64,000 bases of DNA from Paludibacteraceae bacterium (GCA_017647145.1 JAGCLD010000034.1:28838-92837); one strand, 5' to 3'; counted from the first letter of the stretch, positions 19,423-29,696 are shown. Numbers and translations: made by a program. The notes: a model not told the origin generated them from the letters alone.

Positions 19423-21096
19423 TTATACCAGTTTTTTGTATCTGACGCGTTTAGGCGTGCAGGCATCTTCACCGAGTCTCATGCGTTTGTTGGCTTCATA
19501 CTCAGAGTAGCTTCCTTCAAATACAAAGACTTGAGAGTTGCCTTCAAAGGCGATGATGTGTGTACAGATACGGTCTAGGAACCATCTGTCGTGGCTAATG
19601 ACAACTGCGCATCCGGCAAATCCTTCTAATCCTTCTTCTAATGCGCGCAGTGTGTTGACGTCAATGTCGTTGGTAGGTTCGTCGAGTAGTAGCACATTTG
19701 CTTCCGATTTGAGTGTAAGTGCCAGGTGTAGTCGGTTTCTTTCTCCTCCTGACAACACTCCACAAAGTTTTTCTTGGTCACCTCCCGTGAAGTTAAATCG
19801 TGCCAAGTAAGCTCTTGCATTGATTTCTCTTCCTCCGACACGGATGAATTCAGTTCCCCCAGATACTGTCTGGAATACTGTTTTCTCCGGATCTATGTCT
19901 GTGTGTGTTTGGTCAACGTAGCCTATTTTGACTGTTTCTCCGACTGAGAATGTTCCTGCATCAGCTTGTTCCATGCCCATAATCATGCGGAACAGTGTTG
20001 TTTTTCCTGCTCCGTTAGGTCCGATTACTCCCACAATTCCGTTGGGAGGTAGCATGAAATTGAGGTTCTCAAAGAGTAGTTTATCACCGAATGATTTGGC
20101 TACTCCGTTGGCTTCAATTACTTTATTTCCTAATCTTGGTCCGTTAGGGATGTATAATTCGAGTTTTTCTTCTCGTTCTTTTTGGTCCTCATTCAAGAGT
20201 TTGTCATAGGCTTCAAGACGTGCTTTTCCTTTGGCTTGTCGAGCTTTAGGTGCCATTCTTACCCATTCTAATTCTCGTTCGAGTGTTTTTCTTCTTTTGC
20301 TGGCTTGCTTTTCTTCCATGGCAAGACGTGCTGTCTTTTGTTCAAGCCATGAGCTATAGTTTCCTTTCCATGGAATACCTTCTCCACGGTCAAGTTCTAA
20401 AATCCATCCTGCTACATTGTCAAGGAAGTATCTGTCGTGTGTTACAGCAATGACAGTACCTTCGTATTGGTGCAGATGTTGTTCCAACCATTCCACTGAC
20501 TCTGCGTCTAAGTGGTTGGTAGGCTCGTCAAGCAGAAGTATATCGGGTTTTTGAAGTAAGAGTCGGCAGAGTGCTACACGACGTCTTTCACCTCCTGAGA
20601 GGTTTTTTACTATTGCGTTTTCGTCCGGACAACGGAGTGCATCCATTGCCCTTTCGAGACGGTTGTCTATGTTCCAAGCGTCGGCATGGTCAAGTAGTTC
20701 TTGTAATTCGCCTTGTCGTGCAATGAGCTTGTCGAAATCTGCCTCCGGGTCAGCAAATTGTTCGTTTACCTTATCAAATTCGGCAAGTAAGTCCATGATG
20801 GGTTGTACTCCTTCTTGTACAACTTCTTTGACTGTCTTTTCCGGGTCCAGTTGTGGTTCTTGTTCGAGGTATCCCACTGAATATCCCGGAGAGAATACGA
20901 CTTCTCCTTGGTATGATTTGTCAATGCCTGCAATGATTTTCAGCAGTGTAGACTTACCGGAGCCGTTTAAACCGATGATACCAATCTTAGCTCCGTAGAA
21001 GAATGATAAGTAGATATTATTGAGTACCTTCTTTTGTTGGTTGAATGTTTTGCTTACACCCACCATTGAGAAGATTATTTTTTTGTCGTCTGCCAT
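19423..21096 (-). CDS. ettA: ABC-F translational throttle protein EttA
   Basis: Two ABC cassettes (GLNGSGKST / LSGGERRR and GPNGAGKTT / LSGGERNR) with no TM domain. 557 aa. Confidence 0.9.
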   Translation of the reverse strand: MADDKKIIFSMVGVSKTFNQQKKVLNNIYLSFFYGAKIGIIGLNGSGKSTLLKIIAGIDKSYQGEVVFSPGYSVGYLEQEPQLDPEKTVKEVVQEGVQPIMDLLAEFDKVNEQFADPEADFDKLIARQGELQELLDHADAWNIDNRLERAMDALRCPDENAIVKNLSGGERRRVALCRLLLQKPDILLLDEPTNHLDAESVEWLEQHLHQYEGTVIAVTHDRYFLDNVAGWILELDRGEGIPWKGNYSSWLEQKTARLAMEEKQASKRRKTLERELEWVRMAPKARQAKGKARLEAYDKLLNEDQKEREEKLELYIPNGPRLGNKVIEANGVAKSFGDKLLFENLNFMLPPNGIVGVIGPNGAGKTTLFRMIMGMEQADAGTFSVGETVKIGYVDQTHTDIDPEKTVFQTVSGGTEFIRVGGREINARAYLARFNFTGGDQEKLCGVLSGGERNRLHLALTLKSEANVLLLDEPTNDIDVNTLRALEEGLEGFAGCAVVISHDRWFLDRICTHIIAFEGNSQVFVFEGSYSEYEANKRMRLGEDACTPKRVRYKKLV

Positions 21097-21133
21097 ATAT
21101 TTCTTTCTTAACTATAGTTATCCTTGTTGGGCG

Positions 21134-21141
21134 CAAATGTA
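21134..21141 (-). promoter_or_regulatory. -7 promoter box (TAcaTTTG on the minus strand) for ettA
   Basis: CAAATGTA on the plus strand, 38 nt upstream of the ettA start. Confidence 0.5.
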
Positions 21142-21179
21142 TAAAAAAACTTTGATATGCAAGCCTTATTTAACAACTT

Positions 21180-22244
21180 TTACTTTAAATCTCGTAGCTT
21201 GTTTCTGAGTAATTCAATTAATCGAGGTACGGGGTAGGTGTTTTCTTGCTCTTTTGTTGTCTTTATAAATTTATTCAAGTGCTCGTTGGGATGTTTAATT
21301 TGAATGTGTATCATCTTGGCATACAGGTGTTGGTGGCTCAGTATATGCTTGGTTTTTACTTCGTTGATGATTTCGACAATACCGCTGTTATGGGTTAGTG
21401 TTGTGAATGTTGGGTGTTGCAGTAGTTCCGGCATTTGCATTTCATGGTTGTTTTCAATGAGTGGAGGCTCGTACAGATGTTGCCAGATGTCTTTTTTTGT
21501 GCGTTTCTGCAGGAATGTCTCTTGTGGAGTTTCAATGTATAGGTAATGCAAATAACGTTGTTTGATTTTGGTTTTCTTTTCTTTGAGAGGTAATTCTTCT
21601 GCTGTTCCAGCATGAGTGGCTTGGCAAACAGTTATTAGCGGACATGTTGTGCAGTCGGGATTTGCCGGTGTGCATTGTATGGCTCCCAGTTCCATCATTG
21701 CTTGATTGTGTATGCGTGGTGCTACGTGGTCTAGTAGGGTAGTGGCTATCTGTGTGAATAGTTTTTTTCCTGCTGTGCTGTCAATGGGTGTTGCATTGTT
21801 GGTGAGTCTGGATAGTACTCTATATACGTTGCCATCCACAACGGCGTAGGGTTGGTTAAATGCAATGGAGCAGATGGCAGCAGCTGTGTAGTCGCCCACG
21901 CCTTTTAGTCGTCGTATGTCTTCATATTTTGTGGGAAATGCTCCATTGTGTTCTTGCATGATTTGTTTGGCAGCGTTGTGTAGGTTGCGTGCTCTGCTGT
22001 AGTAGCCCAATCCCTGCCATAGACGTAATACATCTTCTTCTTCGGCAGATGCTAATGCTGCTACTGACGGGAACTGAGATATGAAACGTTTGTAGTATTC
22101 AAGTCCTTGCACTACGCGTGTTTGTTGTAGTATGATTTCGGAGATCCATATGTAGTATGGGTTGTTGGTTTCTCTCCAAGGCAAATGTCTTTGGTTTTGT
22201 TCGTACCATTCGCGTAGTGTTTTTCTTGTGTATTCAAGATTCAT
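21180..22244 (-). CDS. mutY: A/G-specific adenine DNA glycosylase
   Basis: HhH-GPD region and the 4Fe-4S loop CTPANPDCTTCPLITVC, plus a C-terminal NUDIX-like domain. Confidence 0.9.
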   Translation of the reverse strand: MNLEYTRKTLREWYEQNQRHLPWRETNNPYYIWISEIILQQTRVVQGLEYYKRFISQFPSVAALASAEEEDVLRLWQGLGYYSRARNLHNAAKQIMQEHNGAFPTKYEDIRRLKGVGDYTAAAICSIAFNQPYAVVDGNVYRVLSRLTNNATPIDSTAGKKLFTQIATTLLDHVAPRIHNQAMMELGAIQCTPANPDCTTCPLITVCQATHAGTAEELPLKEKKTKIKQRYLHYLYIETPQETFLQKRTKKDIWQHLYEPPLIENNHEMQMPELLQHPTFTTLTHNSGIVEIINEVKTKHILSHQHLYAKMIHIQIKHPNEHLNKFIKTTKEQENTYPVPRLIELLRNKLRDLK

Positions 22245-22358
22245 GTGTAGGGTTCATTAATTTTGTCACGAAGGTAGTTAAAGTTCGTCTAATAATCAAA
22301 GATTTTTTGATGTATGTTGGGGTGAGTGTGTAAATGCTTGTGTGTTGGGAGTGTTGTT

Positions 22359-22479
22359 GTTTTATCCTGTATAGTTCTTATGTATGTCCTATCTTTATCC
22401 TATCTTTATCCTACGAGTATCCTACGTGTATCCTACGTGTATCCTACGTGTATCCTACGTGTATCCTACGTGTGTGTTA
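22359..22479 (+). repeat. 11-bp-period modular tandem array, locus C
   Basis: In register: TGTATGTCCTA, TCTTTATCCTA x2, CGAGTATCCTA, CGTGTATCCTA x4, CGTGTGTGTTA. Confidence 0.95.
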
Positions 22480-22555
22480 TGTGTGTTGGATGGTGTGTAA
22501 TAGGGTTTGGTGTATAGTTTTTTCTGTTTCTCTTGTGTGATTGTAAAAAAACTTA

Positions 22556-22563
22556 TATCTTTG
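22556..22563 (+). promoter_or_regulatory. -7 promoter box TAtcTTTG for tRNA-Arg
   Basis: Exact motif 20 nt upstream of tRNA position 1. Confidence 0.6.
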
Positions 22564-22582
22564 CAGTCCGTTAAGATATGAT

Positions 22583-22656
<74 letters not shown>

Positions 22657-22660
22657 CAGA

Positions 22661-22696
22661 AGAGAGAAGTCATGCGATTTCTCTCTTTTGTTTTTT
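22661..22696 (+). terminator. Intrinsic terminator after tRNA-Arg
   Basis: 8-bp stem AGAGAGAA / TTCTCTCT, followed by TTTGTTTTTT. Confidence 0.6.
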
Positions 22697-22730
22697 GTGG
22701 GTTATTTTTGTATTATTGCGGATAATATTC

Positions 22731-22738
22731 TACCTTTG
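22731..22738 (+). promoter_or_regulatory. -7 promoter box TAccTTTG for the LRR protein gene
   Basis: Exact motif about 95 nt upstream of the refined ATG at 22833. Confidence 0.45.
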
Positions 22739-22832
22739 CTACATCCTAGATTATGGGGTGCTAATTGTGTGGATTGATGGGATGGAATCTACAGAAGGAA
22801 CACTAACTATTTATAAAATTATAATTTGGCTT

Positions 22833-25631
22833 ATGAAACGAATTTTACTGTTTGTTTGGAGCGTGTGTAGTGTGGCTACTATGATGGCTGCTACCTTATC
22901 CGGAAGTATTGAAAACACAAAGTTGACTTGGAGTTTTGACACCGAAACAGCAACATTGACTGTGGATGGAGATGATTACCTTTGTCTTGGTAGTACCACA
23001 GAGACTTACTTTTTTGATCAGTTTGAGGATGATGTCAGATATCTTGTGATAGGTAAACAAGTAAAACGTCTGGATGAGGCAGGGGCAAGTGAGTTAGCCG
23101 CTCGCTTTAAACTGAATGAAATGCTTGCCGAGACAGACAACTTGCTGGGTGAGATGCAGGTGTTTGCTTATTCTTTGCCTTTAACCCATATGGATTACCT
23201 GGAGACGATAGAGGTGGAAGCAAGCAATGCCACTTTAGCCTCCGCATTTGATGGACTTTATAATAAGAATTTGACAACTTTACTTTTTTATCCGCTGAGC
23301 GCATGCCGCTATGAAGAAGGTGAGGATATTGTGGTGGATGATTTTTCTGATGATTTAACTACGATTAGTACAGGCGCATTTAGAGAAGTTTTTGGACTGG
23401 AGAATGACATTGTGATGAAAGAAGTGAAACTCTGGTTGCCGGAAACTGTGACAAAACTTGAGAAGAGCGCCGTGTATATTCTGAATGAGAATATTGATAA
23501 ATTTACTATTTATATAGAACCGCAGTTGCCTCCAATGATGGAAGAAGATGCATTTGTGGTTAGTGGATTGACCCTTGCTGTGGACTATGAATACTACTCT
23601 ACGTGGATGAATGCATTGGCAGATGTGAATGTGCCGGTAGTGGTGTTTGAATACTCATATGCCCAAAGTGTGGATTTGGAGGAGGGCGTACATTGTGGGA
23701 ATTTTGAGTTAGAAAATGGGTTTAGTGGCGACATTCTTTGTGAATTGAAGGATGGAAAAAAAATAAAGGGTGCAATGATAACCCAGATTCCTTATGACCA
23801 AGAGGTGGTGTATATTCCGGAGAAAGTGCCTTTTGAACAAGAAAGATGGGAGAGTGTATATAATGAAGAATATGACTACTGGGAAGATGTATTGGTGACA
23901 GAAACAGTGTATATAGAGGTTATTTCTGTGCGGGCTTCCAGTGATAATATGAGGGAAATTCATATACCGGCTACACTGCAAAGAATATACTCTTTGAGAG
24001 GAAACAATTTGCAGAACATCCATGTGGCTGCCGGAAATGCTAATTATAGCAGTGAGGATGGTTTGTTGTTGTCAAAAGACAAGACCACCTTGTTGATGTA
24101 TCCTCAAGGACGCACTGCCACTACTTATACTATGCCGAATTGTGTGAAACGCCTTGCGAGAGAAGCAGTGAACAACAATTCTTCTCTAAAGGAGTTGTAT
24201 TTGACCAATGTGGAAGAAATGGAACAATATGCGATAGGGTCTTGCACTTCTTTGGAAACCATGCATGTGGGTAGCAATATGAGGGATGTGCGCTATGGTA
24301 ACTTTGATGCCCCTAACTTGCTGAATATCTATGTTGATGGAAAGAACAAGAAGTATCAATCAGTGGAAGGTGTCTTGGTGGAGAATAATTCAGTGTTGCT
24401 GAAGTATCCCGCCGGTAGAACAGCTACCACCTATGTGGTGCCTGAAGGATTGACAGAAATTGGTGAGAATGCCATTGAACGGAATGAGTATTTGACAGAA
24501 GTGGTGTTGCCTTCCACACTCAAAAGACTTCAAATAGAGTCAATTCTTCTTGAAAACTTGACCAAGATAAGTTTACCGGAATCTTTGGAACAATTGGACG
24601 GTTCTGCGATTGGTTCGGGAAAGTTAAAAACGATACATATTCCTGCTAAGGTGAAAATTATAGGCTCGGGAGTCTTTATGAACTGTGAAGTGCTGGAAAG
24701 TATCACTGTGGATGAAAATAATCCGTATTATACAGCTGTGGATGGTGTTCTTTATACCAAGTCAATGAATTGCCTTGTGCAATATCCGAATGCGAAGAAG
24801 GATACAGAATTTACAGTTCCTGCTAAAGTAAAATCGTTGGGCTTGTGGGCGTTCTTGGAAGTGCCGGCATTAAAAGAGTTGGTGTTGCAAGAAGGGTTAG
24901 TTTTAGTGGAAGAATGTTTAAATGAATTAGATAATCTGGAACGCATTGTATGTAACACGGTCACACCTCCCTACGTGGATGAAGAAAACGAATATATGTT
25001 AAGAGGATTTTGGGAAGATGTCATCCTTTGTATTCCTCGTGAGGCGCATGACGCTTATGTGAATCATCCTGTGTGGGGTAATTTTGTACATATGGAGTAT
25101 ATCACAGCAGAAGGCGCTGAAATGGAAAAAGAAGAAGTGGAAATTGTGGAAGATGAAACATCTGTGGAAATCACTTGGCCAAAGGTGGATGGTGCGGATA
25201 ATTATACTATTGTCATCACTTATCAAGGAATGCCAATTTGCACGCTGACTTTCAATGCGCTTGGACAGTTAGTGAATATAAACTTTGAGCGCAATGGTGC
25301 TCCACGTGCTGCAACAGAAGGATTTAAGTTTACAGTGACCGGATTAGACTCCGGTACGCAGTATGCTTATAGTGTGGTGGCCACAACTCAAGGTGAAGAA
25401 GTTAAGACCTATACCGGCGAATTTACCACTCTTGGAGAGGCAACCGGCATAGAGGAAGGTGTAAGCAAGAATGTGATTAGTGTGGTGGATGGAACCATTG
25501 TGAGTGAAAGAGGAGCTGTGACCATCTATAATGTCACAGGAAATGATGTGACAGCCCAGAATGGAAACCTCGCCACCGGCGTGTATGTGGTGAGAGTGGG
25601 AGGAGATGTGATGAAGGTGATGGTGAGATAG
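22833..25631 (+). CDS. BspA-type leucine-rich-repeat surface protein with an Fn3-like domain and a T9SS C-terminal sorting domain
   Basis: Start refined to MKRILLFVWSVCSVATMMA. Repeated LRR_5-like units (L..I.IP..V..IG..AF..C..L). Fn3-like WPKVDGADNYTIV. C-terminus ATGVYVVRVGGDVMKVMVR is typical of a T9SS CTD. Confidence 0.8.
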   Translation: MKRILLFVWSVCSVATMMAATLSGSIENTKLTWSFDTETATLTVDGDDYLCLGSTTETYFFDQFEDDVRYLVIGKQVKRLDEAGASELAARFKLNEMLAETDNLLGEMQVFAYSLPLTHMDYLETIEVEASNATLASAFDGLYNKNLTTLLFYPLSACRYEEGEDIVVDDFSDDLTTISTGAFREVFGLENDIVMKEVKLWLPETVTKLEKSAVYILNENIDKFTIYIEPQLPPMMEEDAFVVSGLTLAVDYEYYSTWMNALADVNVPVVVFEYSYAQSVDLEEGVHCGNFELENGFSGDILCELKDGKKIKGAMITQIPYDQEVVYIPEKVPFEQERWESVYNEEYDYWEDVLVTETVYIEVISVRASSDNMREIHIPATLQRIYSLRGNNLQNIHVAAGNANYSSEDGLLLSKDKTTLLMYPQGRTATTYTMPNCVKRLAREAVNNNSSLKELYLTNVEEMEQYAIGSCTSLETMHVGSNMRDVRYGNFDAPNLLNIYVDGKNKKYQSVEGVLVENNSVLLKYPAGRTATTYVVPEGLTEIGENAIERNEYLTEVVLPSTLKRLQIESILLENLTKISLPESLEQLDGSAIGSGKLKTIHIPAKVKIIGSGVFMNCEVLESITVDENNPYYTAVDGVLYTKSMNCLVQYPNAKKDTEFTVPAKVKSLGLWAFLEVPALKELVLQEGLVLVEECLNELDNLERIVCNTVTPPYVDEENEYMLRGFWEDVILCIPREAHDAYVNHPVWGNFVHMEYITAEGAEMEKEEVEIVEDETSVEITWPKVDGADNYTIVITYQGMPICTLTFNALGQLVNINFERNGAPRAATEGFKFTVTGLDSGTQYAYSVVATTQGEEVKTYTGEFTTLGEATGIEEGVSKNVISVVDGTIVSERGAVTIYNVTGNDVTAQNGNLATGVYVVRVGGDVMKVMVR

Positions 25632-25656
25632 CACTCTCTCGGACAGATAAGATAAG

Positions 25657-25691
25657 AAAGGTTGGCTTTTGTGTGAAGCCAACCTTTTTTA
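25657..25691 (+). terminator. Intrinsic terminator after the LRR gene
   Basis: 12-bp perfect stem AAAGGTTGGCTT / AAGCCAACCTTT, followed by a T-run. Confidence 0.75.
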
Positions 25692-25730
25692 TTATGTGTA
25701 AGAGTCTTTGCAGGAACAGCAATAATATCT

Positions 25731-25738
25731 TATCTTTG
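25731..25738 (+). promoter_or_regulatory. -7 promoter box TAtcTTTG for the TlpA-like gene
   Basis: Exact motif 30 nt upstream of the ATG at 25768. Confidence 0.55.
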
Positions 25739-25767
25739 CTCAGTAGAAATATAATACTTGTACAAAT

Positions 25768-26547
25768 ATGAAAAAATCATTCTTTTTGATGGCAGCGGTT
25801 TTATTGTTGGCTGCATGTAATAAACCTCAAACACAATCACTTAATGAGCGCTATAAGGCTCTGGAAACAGCAGTGTATAAAGCCTTAGACGAACTGCCGA
25901 CTACGGAGCAACGTGATTCGGCTATTCAAGTGTATGTGGAGGAATCGTATGCATTGTTGACGGAAAACTTGAATCAACCTTATTCGGATACCTTGTTTGT
26001 TAGTTTGTATCAACTCTTGGATAACGAACAACGTAAGTTTATATTTGAGTCGTTGGAAGGGGAATATCTGCAAATGCCCGAAATTCAACAAATGAAACAA
26101 CTTTTTGATGCAGAGCAGGCTACAGCTATTGGTGCTACTTATATTGATGTGACTGCAGAGGATGTGAATGGTGGTGTTCATTCGTTGAGTGAATGGGTAG
26201 GCAAGACAGATTATCTCTTAGTGGACTTCTGGGCTTCTTGGTGTGGACCTTGCAAACGACTTATACCTCATCTAAAAGCTGTGTATGAGCAATATAATCC
26301 AGTGGGCAAACTTGAAATTGTGGGTATCAGTTGTGACAGAGATTCAGCTCAATGGCAAACATTGGTGAATAATCAACAATTAGCATGGCCACAATTGGTA
26401 GATAAATCAGGTGCTGCCGATGGCGCTTATAGTAAGTATGGCGTTGTGACTATCCCGACAACTCTGCTGATAGATTCTGAGGGTGTGATAGTGTTGCGCA
26501 ATCCTTCACATGAGGAATTGGAAGAGTTTTTAGGTCAAAGTAACTAG
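25768..26547 (+). CDS. TlpA-family thiol-disulfide oxidoreductase lipoprotein
   Basis: Lipobox LLAAC. Thioredoxin fold with WASWCGPC. Confidence 0.8.
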   Translation: MKKSFFLMAAVLLLAACNKPQTQSLNERYKALETAVYKALDELPTTEQRDSAIQVYVEESYALLTENLNQPYSDTLFVSLYQLLDNEQRKFIFESLEGEYLQMPEIQQMKQLFDAEQATAIGATYIDVTAEDVNGGVHSLSEWVGKTDYLLVDFWASWCGPCKRLIPHLKAVYEQYNPVGKLEIVGISCDRDSAQWQTLVNNQQLAWPQLVDKSGAADGAYSKYGVVTIPTTLLIDSEGVIVLRNPSHEELEEFLGQSN

Positions 26548-26556
26548 TGTGATTCT

Positions 26557-27213
26557 GTGGGTATGAGCAAAAGAATTGGCTTTGTGTTGGTGTGTTGCTT
26601 GCTGTTGTGTGTAGGGTGTGGGGAGAAAATGACAGAGCGATGCTTGGTGAAGTATCCCGGTAGGACATTTGATTATCATCAGAAGTTTAACGATCTGCAG
26701 ACTAGTCAGTTGAAGGCCGCTAAAGCCAAAGGATTGGAAACAGTTCCTGAGAGCAGACAGCAAGTGACGGCTATGCGGAGACAGTTGCGCAAAGTGGAGA
26801 GTAACAGCAACTATGTAGTGGACCATTTGACCCACTCAGTTCCGTATCTCACACCGACTGCCGCTGCGGAATTAGATTCTATTGGCGAAGAATTTGCTCA
26901 TATTTTAGAACGTAATGGTTTGCCTCACTATCGTTTTTATGTGACCAGTGTGTTGCGGACCAAACAAGATGTGGAGAGTTTGCGCAAGAGTGGTAATATC
27001 AATGCTTCGCCCAATTCTTGCCATTGTTATGGCACTACATTTGACCTTGCCTATACGCGTTTTGATAAAGCAAGGTGGGGTGGAAACTATATGAATGAAG
27101 ATAATCTAAAATTAGTGTTAGGGCAAGTTCTCCTGAATCGTCAACGTCGTGGTCGTATATATGTCAAATACGAGAAGAAGCAGTCATGCTTTCACATCAC
27201 ATGCCGTCTGTGA
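26557..27213 (+). CDS. LAS/M15-like peptidase-fold lipoprotein (DUF5715-like)
   Basis: Lipobox CVGC. SCHCYGTTFD fits the SxHxxGxxxD zinc motif of VanY-type peptidases, and there is a C-terminal His (CFHI). Confidence 0.45.
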   Translation: MGMSKRIGFVLVCCLLLCVGCGEKMTERCLVKYPGRTFDYHQKFNDLQTSQLKAAKAKGLETVPESRQQVTAMRRQLRKVESNSNYVVDHLTHSVPYLTPTAAAELDSIGEEFAHILERNGLPHYRFYVTSVLRTKQDVESLRKSGNINASPNSCHCYGTTFDLAYTRFDKARWGGNYMNEDNLKLVLGQVLLNRQRRGRIYVKYEKKQSCFHITCRL

Positions 27214-27312
27214 TGTGAAGTTGTAAAGGGTTTACTTTCACTATTATTTTATACGGACCCCTTTCGCTATGGTAATTTCTCTAATTATCTTTTGACAGAA
27301 CTCTCTGTTTGA

Positions 27313-28134
27313 TTAGAGTGAGAAGGTGTAGGCAATGCACACAGCAAGGTAATGATTTGTTTGCATGGTGATTGGCATAGTGAGTTGTGGGTTGGGGTTG
27401 TTGCTTGCAGTGATGTCTTTGTCTTGTAGTAGGTCGTAGATTAGATAGAAGTCTAATGCGTTGTGGTCGGTTACTTGCCATTCTGTACCAAGCGAGAATC
27501 TATAACGATTGAAATAAGCATCTTGGTGTCCGACAAAGGAGGCAGTCTCAAAGGAGTTTTTTGTGTTCCATAATGCGCCGTTCATCAATAGGCGTGGCTC
27601 AAAATAGATGTATGGCTCAATGGGGTGTCGGCGTGGTTTGTAGGCCGCTTTTAAGCGACTGCGTAGTACCCAAGTGGTTTGTGGTTGTTCGAGGAGATTG
27701 ACAGAAGTTGTGCGATAAGTGGCTTGTATTCTTTCTCTAAGTGAAAATTTCCATTGGTTTGCTTTCATGGAGAAAGTGAGGTCGAATGTTCCTCGATGGC
27801 GCAGGTCGGTGGTGTAGTTGGTGTTATGAAGGGGTAGGTCGGTGTCTCCTTTGAAATTGGTAATCGCTGTGTAAGACAAGCCCACTTGCATGAATGATAA
27901 TGGCTTGTAAGCAATACCGATTTCGCTATAGAGACAATCCAGGATGTCATAATCCGCCAAACGCAGTTCTTCGGATAGAGATATTTGTAGGTCTTTTATA
28001 GGCTCATATTCAAATGTTGCAGCAAAACGCGCTCCCCATAGTTCGGCTATGGGTGTGGTGGCTTTGAGGGGTAAATAACTCATCATGCATATACAGAGGA
28101 AGAGTAATTTGTTTGTGCCTATGTTTTTTTTCAT
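27313..28134 (-). CDS. Putative outer-membrane beta-barrel protein (DUF2490-like)
   Basis: Signal peptide, alternating amphipathic strands rich in Y/T/R, and C-terminal YTFSL. The family call is from memory. Confidence 0.4.
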   Translation of the reverse strand: MKKNIGTNKLLFLCICMMSYLPLKATTPIAELWGARFAATFEYEPIKDLQISLSEELRLADYDILDCLYSEIGIAYKPLSFMQVGLSYTAITNFKGDTDLPLHNTNYTTDLRHRGTFDLTFSMKANQWKFSLRERIQATYRTTSVNLLEQPQTTWVLRSRLKAAYKPRRHPIEPYIYFEPRLLMNGALWNTKNSFETASFVGHQDAYFNRYRFSLGTEWQVTDHNALDFYLIYDLLQDKDITASNNPNPQLTMPITMQTNHYLAVCIAYTFSL

Positions 28135-28149
28135 ACTCTGGTTTGTGTG

Positions 28150-29016
28150 TTATGAGGGTTGTGAGTTAAGAATCTTGATGCAGCGTTCTAAGGCATTTAT
28201 CCAATAAGGAATTTCTATGTTGAAGGTGTGCTTTATTTTTCCTTTGTTGAGAACACTGTAGTGTGGTCGAGGAGTTCTGACAGGGTAGGCAGAAGACTCA
28301 ATGGGGAATACTTTGCATGTGTTGTTGCCTGCTTTTTCAAGTATCACCTTGCAGAAGTCGTACCAACTGCAGACTCCCTCGTTGGAGAAGTGGTAGATGC
28401 CTGCTTTCCATTCGTTTTGGTCAATGATGGTTAAGATGGCTTCAGCCAAATCAGCGGCATAAGTAGGTGTTCCAACTTGGTCGAAGATGACGTTTAACGA
28501 ATCACGTTCGGAGCTCAAGCGCAACATGGTCTTGACAAAGTTGTTTCCAAAAGAAGAGTAAAGCCATGATGTGCGAATGATGACACTATCCGGAGCTACC
28601 ATCAGTAATTCTTTCTCACCTTGTAATTTGGTGTTACCATAGACATTCGTGGGACATACGGGCATGTCTTCAGTGTAGGGGATGTGAGAAGTGCCATCAA
28701 ATACATAATCGGTAGATATGTGAATCACACGCGCATTGTGTTTACGGGCAACCACACCGATGTTCTTGACAGCTTCGGTGTTGATGAGAGCACATCTATC
28801 TTGGTCATCTTCAGCCTTGTCAACTGCTGTGTATGCGGCACAATTGACTAATATGTCAGGTGAGTGTTGGCTGAAGTAGGCGTCTAATTGGTCAAGGTTG
28901 CATATGTCGAGCGTGTCGGCATCTGTGAACAAATATGTGTGGTTTGCGTGGTGAGCAGATGCTACTCTTAGTTCATTTCCGAGTTGTCCGTAAGCTCCAG
29001 TGATTAAAATCTTCAT
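28150..29016 (-). CDS. rfbD: dTDP-4-dehydrorhamnose reductase
   Basis: N-terminal GAYGQLG Rossmann motif and the STDYVFDG block. 288 aa. Confidence 0.9.
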   Translation of the reverse strand: MKILITGAYGQLGNELRVASAHHANHTYLFTDADTLDICNLDQLDAYFSQHSPDILVNCAAYTAVDKAEDDQDRCALINTEAVKNIGVVARKHNARVIHISTDYVFDGTSHIPYTEDMPVCPTNVYGNTKLQGEKELLMVAPDSVIIRTSWLYSSFGNNFVKTMLRLSSERDSLNVIFDQVGTPTYAADLAEAILTIIDQNEWKAGIYHFSNEGVCSWYDFCKVILEKAGNNTCKVFPIESSAYPVRTPRPHYSVLNKGKIKHTFNIEIPYWINALERCIKILNSQPS

Positions 29017-29690
29017 TGTATGGTTTCTTTATTGTATCCAACAGGATGATTTAATAAGGGTACTTGGTTTTCGTTGAGATTTAATGCTTCCTTAAGCGCG
29101 TCAGTGCTCATTGTGCCGCGAGCTACTGTAGCTAAATTGGCTATTGTGCAGTAGAGATAAATGTTCTGTGATACATATCCTGCATCCATACAGCCTAATT
29201 GCAATGCTTTTTCCTTGTTGTCAAACGGGAAACGGCTTAAGTCGCTCACGAGGACTAGTGAGATGGGAGCCTCTTGTGCAAACTCTTGTGTATGCGCAAT
29301 TTCCTTTCGAAGGTCTTGGGTAGAGACTTGTTGTAGTGAGTGTGCTTCGTGATTGTAAATAAAGGCACCTTGCTCCATGCATACATAAATCAGTATGTCT
29401 TGCGCATTAACAGCAGATGGTGCGGTGCGTTTAGCAGACTCCTCTCTATTGATTCCATTAGCAGCCCAAAGGAGATCAGATAGTGTCTCAAGGTCCAGTG
29501 CTTTTGTGTCGAATGTGCGCACAGAGCATCTGTTTTTCAGTGCATTCATTAGTTCTCCCCGGACTTGAAGGTCGGGTTGTGTTAATTTGATTTCATTATT
29601 GTCAACACTAATGGGAGTACTTGTGCGGGTTGGTAGAGTATTACATGATGTGAGCATAAACAATACGCTTAAGAAAATAAAAGTTTTCAT
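29013..29690 (-). CDS. Nitroreductase-family protein with a signal peptide
   Basis: RCSVRTF and WAANGINR nitroreductase-like blocks. 4-nt overlap with rfbD. Confidence 0.65.
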   Translation of the reverse strand: MKTFIFLSVLFMLTSCNTLPTRTSTPISVDNNEIKLTQPDLQVRGELMNALKNRCSVRTFDTKALDLETLSDLLWAANGINREESAKRTAPSAVNAQDILIYVCMEQGAFIYNHEAHSLQQVSTQDLRKEIAHTQEFAQEAPISLVLVSDLSRFPFDNKEKALQLGCMDAGYVSQNIYLYCTIANLATVARGTMSTDALKEALNLNENQVPLLNHPVGYNKETIQ

Positions 29691-29696
29691 GGTGTG

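Noticed and set aside
22326-22540. ORFs of 63 and 68 aa with repetitive LSYVYPTCILRVSYVYPT peptides
   Set aside because: They are read straight through tandem array C. The 11-nt period merely cycles all three frames every 33 nt. There is no start context, and both overlapping frames are open, as expected for a low-complexity repeat.
22695-22832. N-terminal extensions of tracked ORFs: the LRR protein, and likewise 9716-9766 (pheS), 41807-41923 (pepT), 46688-46783 (dnaE), 16303-16389, 48846-48923, 60616-60681, 61406-61438 and 63043-63126
   Set aside because: In each case an internal Met begins a canonical N-terminus (a signal peptide or a conserved family start). The extension overlaps promoter boxes, terminators or upstream genes.
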